Assembly (NCBI GenBank): GCA_011043895.1
Contig: DRBZ01000003.1
Location: 1 to 40,089, forward strand
Direction: 5' to 3'
Source: Candidatus Cloacimonadota bacterium
Lineage (GTDB): Bacteria; Cloacimonadota; Cloacimonadia; JGIOTU-2
DNA: 40,089 nt
Part shown: one piece after another, positions 18,981-27,397 of the stretch
How positions within the stretch are numbered: the first letter of the stretch is position 1
How the letters are laid out: every line of letters starts with the position of its first letter
Notes under the pieces: generated by a model
Databases searched by the model: none
What the model saw: the letters and a program-made list of their open reading frames with translations, nothing else
Told to the model about the DNA's origin: nothing
Program-made: the position numbers and the translations under genes

Positions 18981-19745
18981 ATGACCACACTCTCTAAGAG
19001 CGAAGCGCGAAACCTTGTGCTTCATGCACAACTCCTGAATGGTGTTTCGGATATAACTCCAGATAAAAACGGTATCTATAATATCATCGATCACCTCGGT
19101 TATGTGCAGCTCGACACGCTCTCTGTTGTAAAACGCTCACATCATCACACGTTGTGGAACAGGCATCCGAAGTACGATTCGGAAATGCTGCTCGAGCTTC
19201 AGCGTGATGACAAGCGCATCTTCGAATACTGGGGACATGCTGCATCCTACCTGCCCATGAAGGATTACCGCTTCTACCAGCACCGGATGAACAATGCCGA
19301 TGATCCGAATTCGAAATGGGAAAGGGATCAGCTGGAAAATACGGCTATCTCCTCGAACCGATCATGACGGAAGTGCGCGAAAAGGGACCATGCCAGGCAA
19401 AGGATCTCGAACTGCCGGGAATCTCATTCAAAAAAGCAAAAAATCTTCCGTGGGAATCAACTCAGATACGTTTTGCGCTTAATATGCTGGTAGTTATGGG
19501 ACAGCATATTTACCGAACGCAAGAAGTTCCAAAAATACTATGATCCGACAGAGCGAGTACTCCCATCATATATTGATAAAACGATGTCTTCCAGAGAAAA
19601 ACTTGGTCGATTCCTTGTGAAAAGGGCATTACAAAGTTACGGGATCGCCTCAGAAAATGAGATTTGGAATCATATCTTTCTTGGCAGCAAGGAGCTAATT
19701 ATTGAAAGGTTAGAAGGTTTGAAGGTTAGAAGCTTTTTAAGTTAA
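18981..19745 (+). pseudogene. YcaQ/AlkZ-like winged-helix DNA glycosylase gene, two frameshifts and 3'-truncated
   Basis: Frame 0: 18981..~19330 (LVLHAQLL..., HLGYVQLDTLSVVKRSHHHTLWNR, IFEYWGHAASYLP). Frame 2: ~19330..19510 (YGYLLEPIMTEVREKGPCQAKDLE...ALNMLVVMGQHI). Frame 0 again: ~19510..19745 (FTERKKFQKYYDPTERVLPSYID...). About 255 codons remain, whereas this family is usually near 400. Confidence 0.6.
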
Positions 19746-19765
19746 GAGGTTGGAATTTCAGAAGG

Positions 19766-20020
19766 TTACTCGTGGTGCCGGAAACCGGCAATTGCTTTTA
19801 ATACGAGTCCTACAAAGATCATCACCACTCCACCAATTGTACCAGCAATTTGAATGATGCCGAACTCATCCCAGGTGCCATAACGAAGTACGTCAGCAAG
19901 AGCAAAGAAGAGGGCGATTGCAATACCAATTGTGATTAGCGTTGAACCCATAGTATGATATTCCTGATCTTCGAGATTATCATCGGGTTCGTAAATAGGC
20001 GTCGGATCTTTTTCTTTCAT
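19766..20020 (-). CDS. Hypothetical small membrane protein (acidic N-terminus, 2 TM)
   Basis: 84-aa ORF. TLITIGIAIALFFALADVL and IIQIAGTIGGVVMIFVGLVL are hydrophobic segments. No recognisable family. Confidence 0.45.
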   Translation of the reverse strand: MKEKDPTPIYEPDDNLEDQEYHTMGSTLITIGIAIALFFALADVLRYGTWDEFGIIQIAGTIGGVVMIFVGLVLKAIAGFRHHE

Positions 20021-20207
20021 ATTGCTTCCTTATCAAGGATGATTGAATTGGATTCTATGCGTATCTATTGTCAAGATTGCATGTATCACGAATGATAATC
20101 TAGATATTCTTTGACACAATATCCGACACAAAAATTACATGTAGCGAAAGTACAAAAAAGTGAAGAAAAGTACCGCTCCCTTTTCATTCACAGAGAAAGG
20201 ATTTTGT

Positions 20208-21209
20208 ATGAAAAACACGAAAAAAATTTTGGCTCGCAAACACATTTATCTCTTGCTACTTTCTGGTTGTCTCATTCTGTGCATGATCCCAAAAACATCG
20301 TATGCTGAAATCGTAAAGCAGAAAAACAACAGTATCTATGCAAAGATCAGTATTCCCATTTTTGTACATTCGGAAGAAATAACTGATTATACAAAGCCCG
20401 AGATGGAGGATAAGCATAAAACATTTGAGAATCAAAGTACTTTCTTAACCGTTACAATACCTAATGCAAAGGTTGTCTATAATGATCTGGTGTTCTCCGG
20501 GAGACATTCTGCATATAATGAAGATTTTTATTTCATCGGTAAATTTTCTGAAGATAAGTCAACAATTACCGAGTTTACTGTATGGTATAGTTACAACCTT
20601 CCAAAATCCACGAATGAAACTCAGGCGATCTTTACACTCAAGAACCTCGATGTGCTCTACAATTCCATGGGAAATCAATACATTGCCAGCTACAATAAAG
20701 AGTATAGCGAGGTAGAGGTAGAGATGTATAAAAGGGTTGAGGGGCAGTCATCGAGCAACTGGAAAACGATCCGAACGACACAATTTACGAGTATTAATGA
20801 AGAGAGACTGGGGCGGTTTAAACCTCAATTACGGATTACTATACTCAAAGAAAGCCTGCCGGAAGGCGAAGTGAAGATCGTATCGACGATGATCGATTTT
20901 GCGTTGCAAAGCATGGTATTTCACATCCCGTCATATGACAGCGATGAAGCGTTTGAGATAACCGCTGACCAGATATGGGATATCATTGGGAATGATCCTG
21001 ATAATGGTGCAGCTCGTTGGGATACATTGAAGAAAATAATGGATGAACTAGAATACTGGCATGGAGCACATATCAAATCTCATAACATAGCTGAAGATAT
21101 GGCACTTGTGTCGCATGAAATAATACAGACTATCACTGCACCACTTGAAGGTAAAGGCAAGGAGCTTTGTGATTATATCAAAGAAATCGTGAAGAATAAT
21201 AATGAGTAA
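20208..21209 (+). CDS. Hypothetical secreted protein / lipoprotein, no recognisable domain
   Basis: ATG 20208 is preceded by AAAGGA. Signal peptide MKNTKKILARKHIYLLLLSGCLILC with a lipobox-like LSGC. 333 aa, beta-rich N-terminal part and helical C-terminal part. Confidence 0.6.
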   Translation: MKNTKKILARKHIYLLLLSGCLILCMIPKTSYAEIVKQKNNSIYAKISIPIFVHSEEITDYTKPEMEDKHKTFENQSTFLTVTIPNAKVVYNDLVFSGRHSAYNEDFYFIGKFSEDKSTITEFTVWYSYNLPKSTNETQAIFTLKNLDVLYNSMGNQYIASYNKEYSEVEVEMYKRVEGQSSSNWKTIRTTQFTSINEERLGRFKPQLRITILKESLPEGEVKIVSTMIDFALQSMVFHIPSYDSDEAFEITADQIWDIIGNDPDNGAARWDTLKKIMDELEYWHGAHIKSHNIAEDMALVSHEIIQTITAPLEGKGKELCDYIKEIVKNNNE

Positions 21210-21408
21210 ATGAATAATGCCTAATATGTTGAATCTTAATGCACAAGGATTCCATACTTTACGAATGCTTTAAGAGTCTATTGCCATAAAGAATAACCTC
21301 ACCCTACCTCTTTTCCCGACTGTAATGCAGCTAGTGTCAGGACAAAATTATTATTTATAGTAAGTGGCAATAATTTCAGAAAACTTCTGATTGTTCCCAA
21401 TTTTTTTT

Positions 21409-21458
21409 AGAAACATCCGAATGTTTTCGTAAATCTTTCGAAACACTCGGAATTCCTC
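21409..21458. repeat. Dispersed intergenic repeat module 3 (copy B)
   Basis: AGAAACATCCGAATGTTTTC...GAAACACTCGGAATTCCTC, same order as at 18147-18200. AACATCCGAA is an exact 10-mer shared with 18149-18158. Confidence 0.55.
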
Positions 21459-21697
21459 TCGATGTAGGACATTAAGAGGTTTCTCAGTCCTGAATTATCT
21501 ATTACAAACCATTATTTAATTATTCACTCAATTGAATTTATTCATCTCGGATTGTAGCGAGGTAATTCTATTGGTTTGACATCGTCGTACAAGCTGTGTC
21601 TGCACCTATCACGTGGCGGGAATGGAGATACGTTTTATTGTAAATATAACCAGCAGATAATTTTTTATGCTTTTTCGTGTTTTTCGTGGTTAAAAAA

Positions 21698-22384
21698 TTA
21701 CCTATCAAAAATAGAAGGTGGGCAGAATTCCTCGATCCTTTCAATAATGCGCTCCGCCTGTGCAATAATTTCTTCCTCAGTACAATTATTCGTATTTATT
21801 TCCAGTACCTGGGTCATTTTTTTTGCGCGGGGAATCCAGTTTTCGTAGGCATCGTTGAGCTGGGAGAGGTAACTCTTTGCAATGGATTTTTCGCTTTCCC
21901 GTCCGCGCTGCTGGATGCGCTCGAGCAGTTCATCCACATCGGCTCGCAGGTACACGATAAGGTCAGGATCCTGCAGGTAGTAGGTCATGTTGTGGAAGAG
22001 GTCCTGGTAGTTCTCGAAATCACGCGTAGTCATGGAGCCGTTCTTGTACAGTGTGCGTGCAAAGATCTCTGCATCTTCGTAGATAGTTCTATCCTGAATG
22101 CATGACACGTTGTGTTCCACGATCTTCTTCTGCATCTCAAAGCGCTTGGAAAGGAAATAGACCTGCAGGTGGAAACTCCAGCGGCTCATATCAGCATAGA
22201 AATCATCGAGGTATGGATTGGTGATGACCGGTTCGTAGTAGGCTTCCCATTCCAATTTTTCGCTGATTAGTCGGGTCATGGTGGTTTTGCCCACGCCTAT
22301 GTTGCCGGCAATTGCGACGAAATAGTGATCTTCTGTAGTGCTTCCAGAGTCATTCAAAGGGCGGAAATCTTTTGCTCTGATCAT
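21698..22384 (-). CDS. Deoxynucleoside kinase (dAK/dGK/dCK family)
   Basis: 228 aa. P-loop IAGNIGVGKTT, ERS/DR-type motifs (IQDRTIYED), LID region LERIQQRGRESE. Confidence 0.85.
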   Translation of the reverse strand: MIRAKDFRPLNDSGSTTEDHYFVAIAGNIGVGKTTMTRLISEKLEWEAYYEPVITNPYLDDFYADMSRWSFHLQVYFLSKRFEMQKKIVEHNVSCIQDRTIYEDAEIFARTLYKNGSMTTRDFENYQDLFHNMTYYLQDPDLIVYLRADVDELLERIQQRGRESEKSIAKSYLSQLNDAYENWIPRAKKMTQVLEINTNNCTEEEIIAQAERIIERIEEFCPPSIFDR

Positions 22385-22568
22385 GTGCGATCCTCTGCGA
22401 TTTATTCTTAACGTGATGATTTATTTTCTGAATTCGACAGCAGAATTACAAATGTATGATTATTTGTCAAAATTTATGGATGTAATCTTCATTGCTTCAC
22501 CAACTCCGACTTCGTTTTACTTTCGCCGTGATAAACTGGTACTTGGTAAAGCGATTTATATGTAGGAT

Positions 22569-22714
22569 GAATTCCCAGAATTGACCGCAGATAAATCCAT
22601 CTCGTTCCCAAAGCCCTCTTTGGGAATGGAGGGAGAAGACGACCGATTGTGAGCAATCGACCCTATATGCTTCGAGAACCTCAGCATGACATTTATTTTG
22701 AAATTTCCGAACGT
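22569..22714. repeat. Mosaic of dispersed intergenic repeat modules (copy C)
   Basis: Module 1 is GAATTCCCAGAATTGACCGC (22569-22588), 19/20 identical to 18232-18251. A hairpin TTCCCAAAG-CCCT-CTTTGGGAA lies at 22605-22626. Module 2 is in inverted orientation (22659-22691). A module-3-like GAAATTTCCGAACGT lies at 22700-22714. Confidence 0.6.
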
Positions 22715-22722
22715 ATGGTCAA

Positions 22723-23619
22723 TTATTTATATCCGAATTCTTTGAGCACACGTTCTTTTTTACGCCAGTTCTTGCGGATTTTTACCCAGAGGTGTAGGCG
22801 CACTTTTTTCTGCATCAGATATTTGATATCCCGCTCTGCAGCGAGCCGTATCTTTTTGATCATCTCGCCATTTGTACCGATGATGATCTTCTTCTGGGAG
22901 CGTGATTCCACAAAGATATTTGCCCAAACCTCTGATCGTTCCTCACCTTCCTCGAACATCTCGACAGTCACAGCAGTGGAGTATGGAATTTCCTGTTGTA
23001 GATTGTAAAATATCTTCTCACGGATGATCTCCTGCACAAAGAATCTCATATTGCGGTCTGAAATATTATCCATTGGATAGTAGGGCGGATGTACTGGCAG
23101 TAATGCAATGATACGAGATTTGAGCTCAGCAAGCCCGATGCATTCAGTTGCAGAAATGAAAAAGATCTCTTTGAATCCCCACACTTCAAGAGTTTGTTGT
23201 ATGTCTTTGAGTATCTTTTCTTTTTTTGCCAGATCGATCTTATTGATCACAGCGAGTTTGGGGATTTTCGACTTAAGAATGATTTCACTTACTGCTCGGT
23301 CATAATTGGTAGGGAAGGTCTCTACGTCACTGATGAAAATAAGTACTTCCACGTCTTTCAGCGCTTCGGCAATCGAGGATTGCATTTTTTCCTGCAGCAG
23401 GTAGCGCGGCTTTAGGAAACCTGGTGTGTCTATGAACACGACTTGATGAGCATCTTCAGAAAGAATTCCAAGTAGATTCTGGCGGGTTGTTTGTGGCTTG
23501 GGAGTGGTGATGGATAGTTTCTCACCAAGAAAAGCATTCATCAAGCTTGATTTCCCAACGTTCGGTTTGCCGATAATCGAGACAAAACCCGCTTTGAAGT
23601 TGTTAAGCTCTTCAGACAT
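22723..23619 (-). CDS. era: GTPase Era
   Basis: 298 aa. G1 GKPNVGKSS, G2 TT, G3 DTPG, G4 NKID, C-terminal KH domain. Confidence 0.92.
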   Translation of the reverse strand: MSEELNNFKAGFVSIIGKPNVGKSSLMNAFLGEKLSITTPKPQTTRQNLLGILSEDAHQVVFIDTPGFLKPRYLLQEKMQSSIAEALKDVEVLIFISDVETFPTNYDRAVSEIILKSKIPKLAVINKIDLAKKEKILKDIQQTLEVWGFKEIFFISATECIGLAELKSRIIALLPVHPPYYPMDNISDRNMRFFVQEIIREKIFYNLQQEIPYSTAVTVEMFEEGEERSEVWANIFVESRSQKKIIIGTNGEMIKKIRLAAERDIKYLMQKKVRLHLWVKIRKNWRKKERVLKEFGYK

Positions 23620-24622
23620 TCTTACACAGATTGTATACCATCAACTGCATGATGGTCTTGTTCAGTTTTGGATCCAGTGATTTTAGCTTTTTATCAGTAT
23701 CCAAAAGCGTAGCAAAGATTATTTCAAACTGCTCGAGTTTATAAAAATCAACAGCTCTCATGAGTTGTTGTGAACCGTAGCCGCCAAGGGAACGCTCGAT
23801 CTCTGTTTTTGATCTATTTTGCTGAAAACGCTGAATAAGAATATCCCACAATGTTGCATAAAATCGTGCTAGCATGATAATGATGAGCACAGGAGCAACA
23901 TTATTCGCAAGAAGATTTTCCAGCACTTTGATGCTCTGCCTGCAGTTCCGTTGTGCAAGTGCATTCTGAAGTTCATATATCGTGTTGCCTTTTGAAATGC
24001 CGATCGATTCTTTCACGTCATCTGTAGTGATCGCCTGCTGGGTTCCTACAAACAGCGCCACCTTTTCCAGCTCGCTATGCAGTTCAAGGTAGTTCAAACC
24101 AATATAATCAACCATGATATGTGCAGCGTCATTATCAATGGACTTCTGTAGCGCACGGGCTTCTTCCCGAAGGAAGCGGATGGCTTCGGTTTCGTTGTAG
24201 GGATGATAGAAGAAATAGGTTGGAATGGTCTTAGTCAGCTTGGCATACATGCCGGAATAGACTTTCACCTTATCAGTTTCGATGATCAGAACAGCATCAG
24301 GAATGGGTTTTTGCAGATATGCGAGGATCTTATTCTTATGTGCGATGTGCATTAATTGAAAATTCCGCAGCACCACTAGTTTCTTGTCAGTCATCATAGG
24401 AGGGCTTTGTAACGCTTCAATGATCTGGTTTGCACGCGTTTCTTCTCCAAAGAATATTTCGTAGTTGAAATCGACCAGATTATCCGGTACAAGTGCTTGT
24501 TTGATAAGAGAGAATGCCTTATCTTTGAGATAACTTTCTTCATCAGTGAAGAAATAATTATTGTGTATTGTACCCCTTTGAATCTCTTCCTGGAGATCCC
24601 AGAATTTACGTTTTTTATTCAT
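23612..24622 (-). CDS. holA: DNA polymerase III subunit delta
   Basis: 336 aa, HolA-like length and pattern (YFFTDEESYLKD..., clamp-loader domains). 8-nt overlaps with scpB and era. Confidence 0.75.
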   Translation of the reverse strand: MNKKRKFWDLQEEIQRGTIHNNYFFTDEESYLKDKAFSLIKQALVPDNLVDFNYEIFFGEETRANQIIEALQSPPMMTDKKLVVLRNFQLMHIAHKNKILAYLQKPIPDAVLIIETDKVKVYSGMYAKLTKTIPTYFFYHPYNETEAIRFLREEARALQKSIDNDAAHIMVDYIGLNYLELHSELEKVALFVGTQQAITTDDVKESIGISKGNTIYELQNALAQRNCRQSIKVLENLLANNVAPVLIIIMLARFYATLWDILIQRFQQNRSKTEIERSLGGYGSQQLMRAVDFYKLEQFEIIFATLLDTDKKLKSLDPKLNKTIMQLMVYNLCKNV

Positions 24623-25214
24623 CGGATGCTTCGGTAAGGAGTTCGAGCTGGTCTTCTTCCTTCATCTTCTGTGGTTCTGCAACATCGGTTTGCATAAGTT
24701 CGCGGATCTGATGAAGATTGGGAAGATCCTCGATGTTGTTAAGCCCGAAAAATTGTAAAAATTTATCCGATGTTGTGTAAAGCAGTGGTCGTCCGAAGGT
24801 TTTCATTCTACCTGCTATCTTGATCAGTTTCACTTCTAAAAGATTGTGCACATGGTACTGTGAACTCACACCCCGTATGGCATCGATCTTTGGACGTGTA
24901 ATTGGTTGATGATAGGCAATGATCGCCAGAACTTCAAGCGCAGAACTGGTCAGACTGATATCCTTCTTTTCTTCATAGAGCTTTTCAATGAGATGATAGT
25001 ACTGCTTGTCTGTGGCAAATTTAAATCCACCTGCAACTTTGCGGATGCAAAAGGTGTGTCCTTGCTCATTGTATTCGATATTCAGTTTTTCGATCAGTTT
25101 TTCGATCTCGGCAACATTGTCCAGTTCGAGATGGTGGGCAATCTGCTCTGCAGAGATTGGCTTCTCCGCAGCAAAGATTAGTACTTCGATAGATTTCTTT
25201 AAATTCTGTGTCAT
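24615..25214 (-). CDS. scpB: SMC-Scp complex subunit ScpB
   Basis: 199 aa. IEVLIFAAEKPIS, LEVLAIIAYHQPITRPKIDAIRGV, GRPLLYTTSDKFLQFFGL. Confidence 0.9.
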   Translation of the reverse strand: MTQNLKKSIEVLIFAAEKPISAEQIAHHLELDNVAEIEKLIEKLNIEYNEQGHTFCIRKVAGGFKFATDKQYYHLIEKLYEEKKDISLTSSALEVLAIIAYHQPITRPKIDAIRGVSSQYHVHNLLEVKLIKIAGRMKTFGRPLLYTTSDKFLQFFGLNNIEDLPNLHQIRELMQTDVAEPQKMKEEDQLELLTEASDE

Positions 25215-25215
25215 A

Positions 25216-26013
25216 TTAGATAAGAAAGATAGTTATGATCCCGATTATCCAACAATAGATAGAAAAGTAGAAGAGTTTGGCTTTTTTTATTATTCTGATT
25301 AGTACTGCGATGGCAAAGTACCCCACGATGGCGGCAGCGATACCACCCGTGATAAAATTACCTGCGGCTCCACTTACTGATATAGCATCCTGCAGATTCT
25401 TCAATTTGAGAAGTGTAGCTCCGATAATAGCAGGGATGAATAGCAGGAAGGAAAATCGAGTTGCAAGATCGCGCGTTCTCCCCGTGAAAATTCCAGTAGT
25501 GATAGTCGCTCCTGAACGAGAAATGCCGGGTATGATGGCAATGCTCTGAGCAAAACCCACCAGAAGTGAAGAAGGTACGCTCATCTTTGTTTTATCTGTA
25601 CGTTTGATCTTATCCGAAATGAAGAGAATTATTCCCGTTACGATGAGCATCAGTCCTACCAGAAGGGTGTTTTCAAAGAATGATTCAAACATATCTTTGA
25701 AGGCAAAGCCGATGATCGCCGTTACAATTGATGCAATGATCAGGTGGAATAACAAACTGTGGGAGCGTTTAATTTCTTCTGATGCATCCTTCTGCCAGAT
25801 GAAGATCGAGCGAATAATTTTCCAGATATCTTGTCTGAAATAGACGATTACTGCGATAAGAGTTCCAAGGTGTACTGTGATTTCGAACAGCACACCAGGG
25901 TCATTGAATTTGAGCAGTTTTTGAAAGATCACGAGGTGTCCGGAGCTGCTTACCGGAAGAAATTCCGTAAGCCCCTGAACGATGCCTAGTATTATAGATT
26001 TGAAAAAGGTCAT
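25216..26013 (-). CDS. uppP: Undecaprenyl-diphosphate phosphatase
   Basis: 265 aa. GLTEFLPVSSSGHL, PGISRSGATI. Confidence 0.92.
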   Translation of the reverse strand: MTFFKSIILGIVQGLTEFLPVSSSGHLVIFQKLLKFNDPGVLFEITVHLGTLIAVIVYFRQDIWKIIRSIFIWQKDASEEIKRSHSLLFHLIIASIVTAIIGFAFKDMFESFFENTLLVGLMLIVTGIILFISDKIKRTDKTKMSVPSSLLVGFAQSIAIIPGISRSGATITTGIFTGRTRDLATRFSFLLFIPAIIGATLLKLKNLQDAISVSGAAGNFITGGIAAAIVGYFAIAVLIRIIKKAKLFYFSIYCWIIGIITIFLI

Positions 26014-27179
26014 AGTACATATTCCTTTGGGAGGACGATATCGGTAATGGGAACAAGCTTGATATTATTTCCCTCAATGTTACTGAGAAATGCTTTTAGC
26101 TCATCGAGACTTTTCTGTTTTGCGTGAGTTATTACAATAATATTATTCACCCTTTCGGCTAGCTCAGAAATATCTTTAGTTTTTACGGCTACCCTGTTTT
26201 CATACTCACCAGCATCTAGGAATACATCCCGCTCGCATGCCGGCACATCCATCTCGACTGCGAGAGAATATCCCACAGTCTTGGCTGAGGTTCTGCTGTC
26301 CAGGAAGAACATGTCGTGTTCTTTTAATACTTCGAAAACCGGAGCCATAACATTTTCATACTGCGTTGCGAGAGAGCCCATATGGTTATTGATGCCTATA
26401 CAAAGAGGAAGCTGCTTTATGAATTTTTGCATTCTCTTTTTGATCTCTTTTTCATCGAGATCCACATAGATCGCATTTTTACCAGGATCGTCTTTTGGAT
26501 AGGATTCTGGTTCCATTGGTACATGTATGATGGTTTCTCTCCCCTGGTTGTATGCTTTTTGCATAACTTCTTCACTATACGTAAGATCGGGCAGGATAGC
26601 AAAAGTAATAGCTTTGGGAAGGTTGAGGAATTCCTGAAGAAGTTCTCCGCCAAAGCTCCCGAAGTCATCAATCACAATAGAAATTTCAGTAATATTATCA
26701 TACAATCCTGAAGTATCATTTTTCAGAATAAGCACATAATATTTCTTAATTTTTGGATCAAAGATATTCATCTCGATCCTGTTACCATCATCTGATTCCT
26801 CGACCTCAAGGATTTGTCCGCCTTTTTCTTTCACTTTATCCGTAATAAATATATTACTGATAGTAAGACTGAGTTGATTGGAGTCTATAGTAATTTCTTT
26901 ATAGACTTTGTTTTCAATCTTATAAGTTTTAATAAATTTATCTGGAATATCCAGACGCTGAAGGGCATAGTTTATTACTTCTTCGACACTTTCTATTTGG
27001 GGAGGTTCTTCGGTTACGATCAGAGTGAAATCGTCATCAGGTTTGCTAAGCACAACTATGAGCTGCCAGATAAAAAAAACAATGATAATAAAAACCGCAA
27101 TCCCGAGAAAAGCCTTATATTTAGAAGCAAGCCCTTTCTGTTTCTTTTTATTATAATTTTTCCGCTTTGTATTTGCCAT
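26010..27179 (-). CDS. Divergent polysaccharide deacetylase (YibQ-like) with N-terminal membrane anchor
   Basis: Basic N-terminus plus TM (KAFLGIAVFIIIVFFIWQLIVVL). C-terminal IVIDDFG, IHVPMEP, NHMGS and FFLDSRTS motifs. Start set at ATG 27179; the ORF-track extension to 27545 overlaps the divergent porG-like gene. The TGA stop overlaps the uppP ATG. Confidence 0.75.
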   Translation of the reverse strand: MANTKRKNYNKKKQKGLASKYKAFLGIAVFIIIVFFIWQLIVVLSKPDDDFTLIVTEEPPQIESVEEVINYALQRLDIPDKFIKTYKIENKVYKEITIDSNQLSLTISNIFITDKVKEKGGQILEVEESDDGNRIEMNIFDPKIKKYYVLILKNDTSGLYDNITEISIVIDDFGSFGGELLQEFLNLPKAITFAILPDLTYSEEVMQKAYNQGRETIIHVPMEPESYPKDDPGKNAIYVDLDEKEIKKRMQKFIKQLPLCIGINNHMGSLATQYENVMAPVFEVLKEHDMFFLDSRTSAKTVGYSLAVEMDVPACERDVFLDAGEYENRVAVKTKDISELAERVNNIIVITHAKQKSLDELKAFLSNIEGNNIKLVPITDIVLPKEYVL

Positions 27180-27205
27180 ATATACTGAAATTGTGAAGAG
27201 ATTTT

Positions 27206-27230
27206 TCTTTGTCAAAATTATTGACAAAGA
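27206..27230. promoter_or_regulatory. Perfect palindrome (10-bp arms, 5-bp centre), candidate operator / back-to-back -35 elements
   Basis: TCTTTGTCAA-AATTA-TTGACAAAGA. It presents TTGACA on both strands, in the 218-bp divergent region between the yibQ-like gene and the oxidoreductase operon. Confidence 0.5.
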
Positions 27231-27397
27231 TTTCGAAGGCACAGAAGTCTGTTTAACAAAGCCAGATTGGAATTGAATTTTACATGGTAAAAATGTTTTT
27301 GTTTCATATAGAAAATCTTCATAACAAGGATATTTCATCAACAATTTATTTGAATCATTCTCGATTATAATTTTATCAAAATATAATAGGAGGTTGC

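Noticed and set aside
21660-21698. TTTTTCGTGTTTTTCGTGG direct repeat immediately after the deoxynucleoside kinase stop as a terminator
   Set aside because: It has no stem-loop potential. It looks like another low-complexity intergenic repeat rather than an intrinsic terminator.
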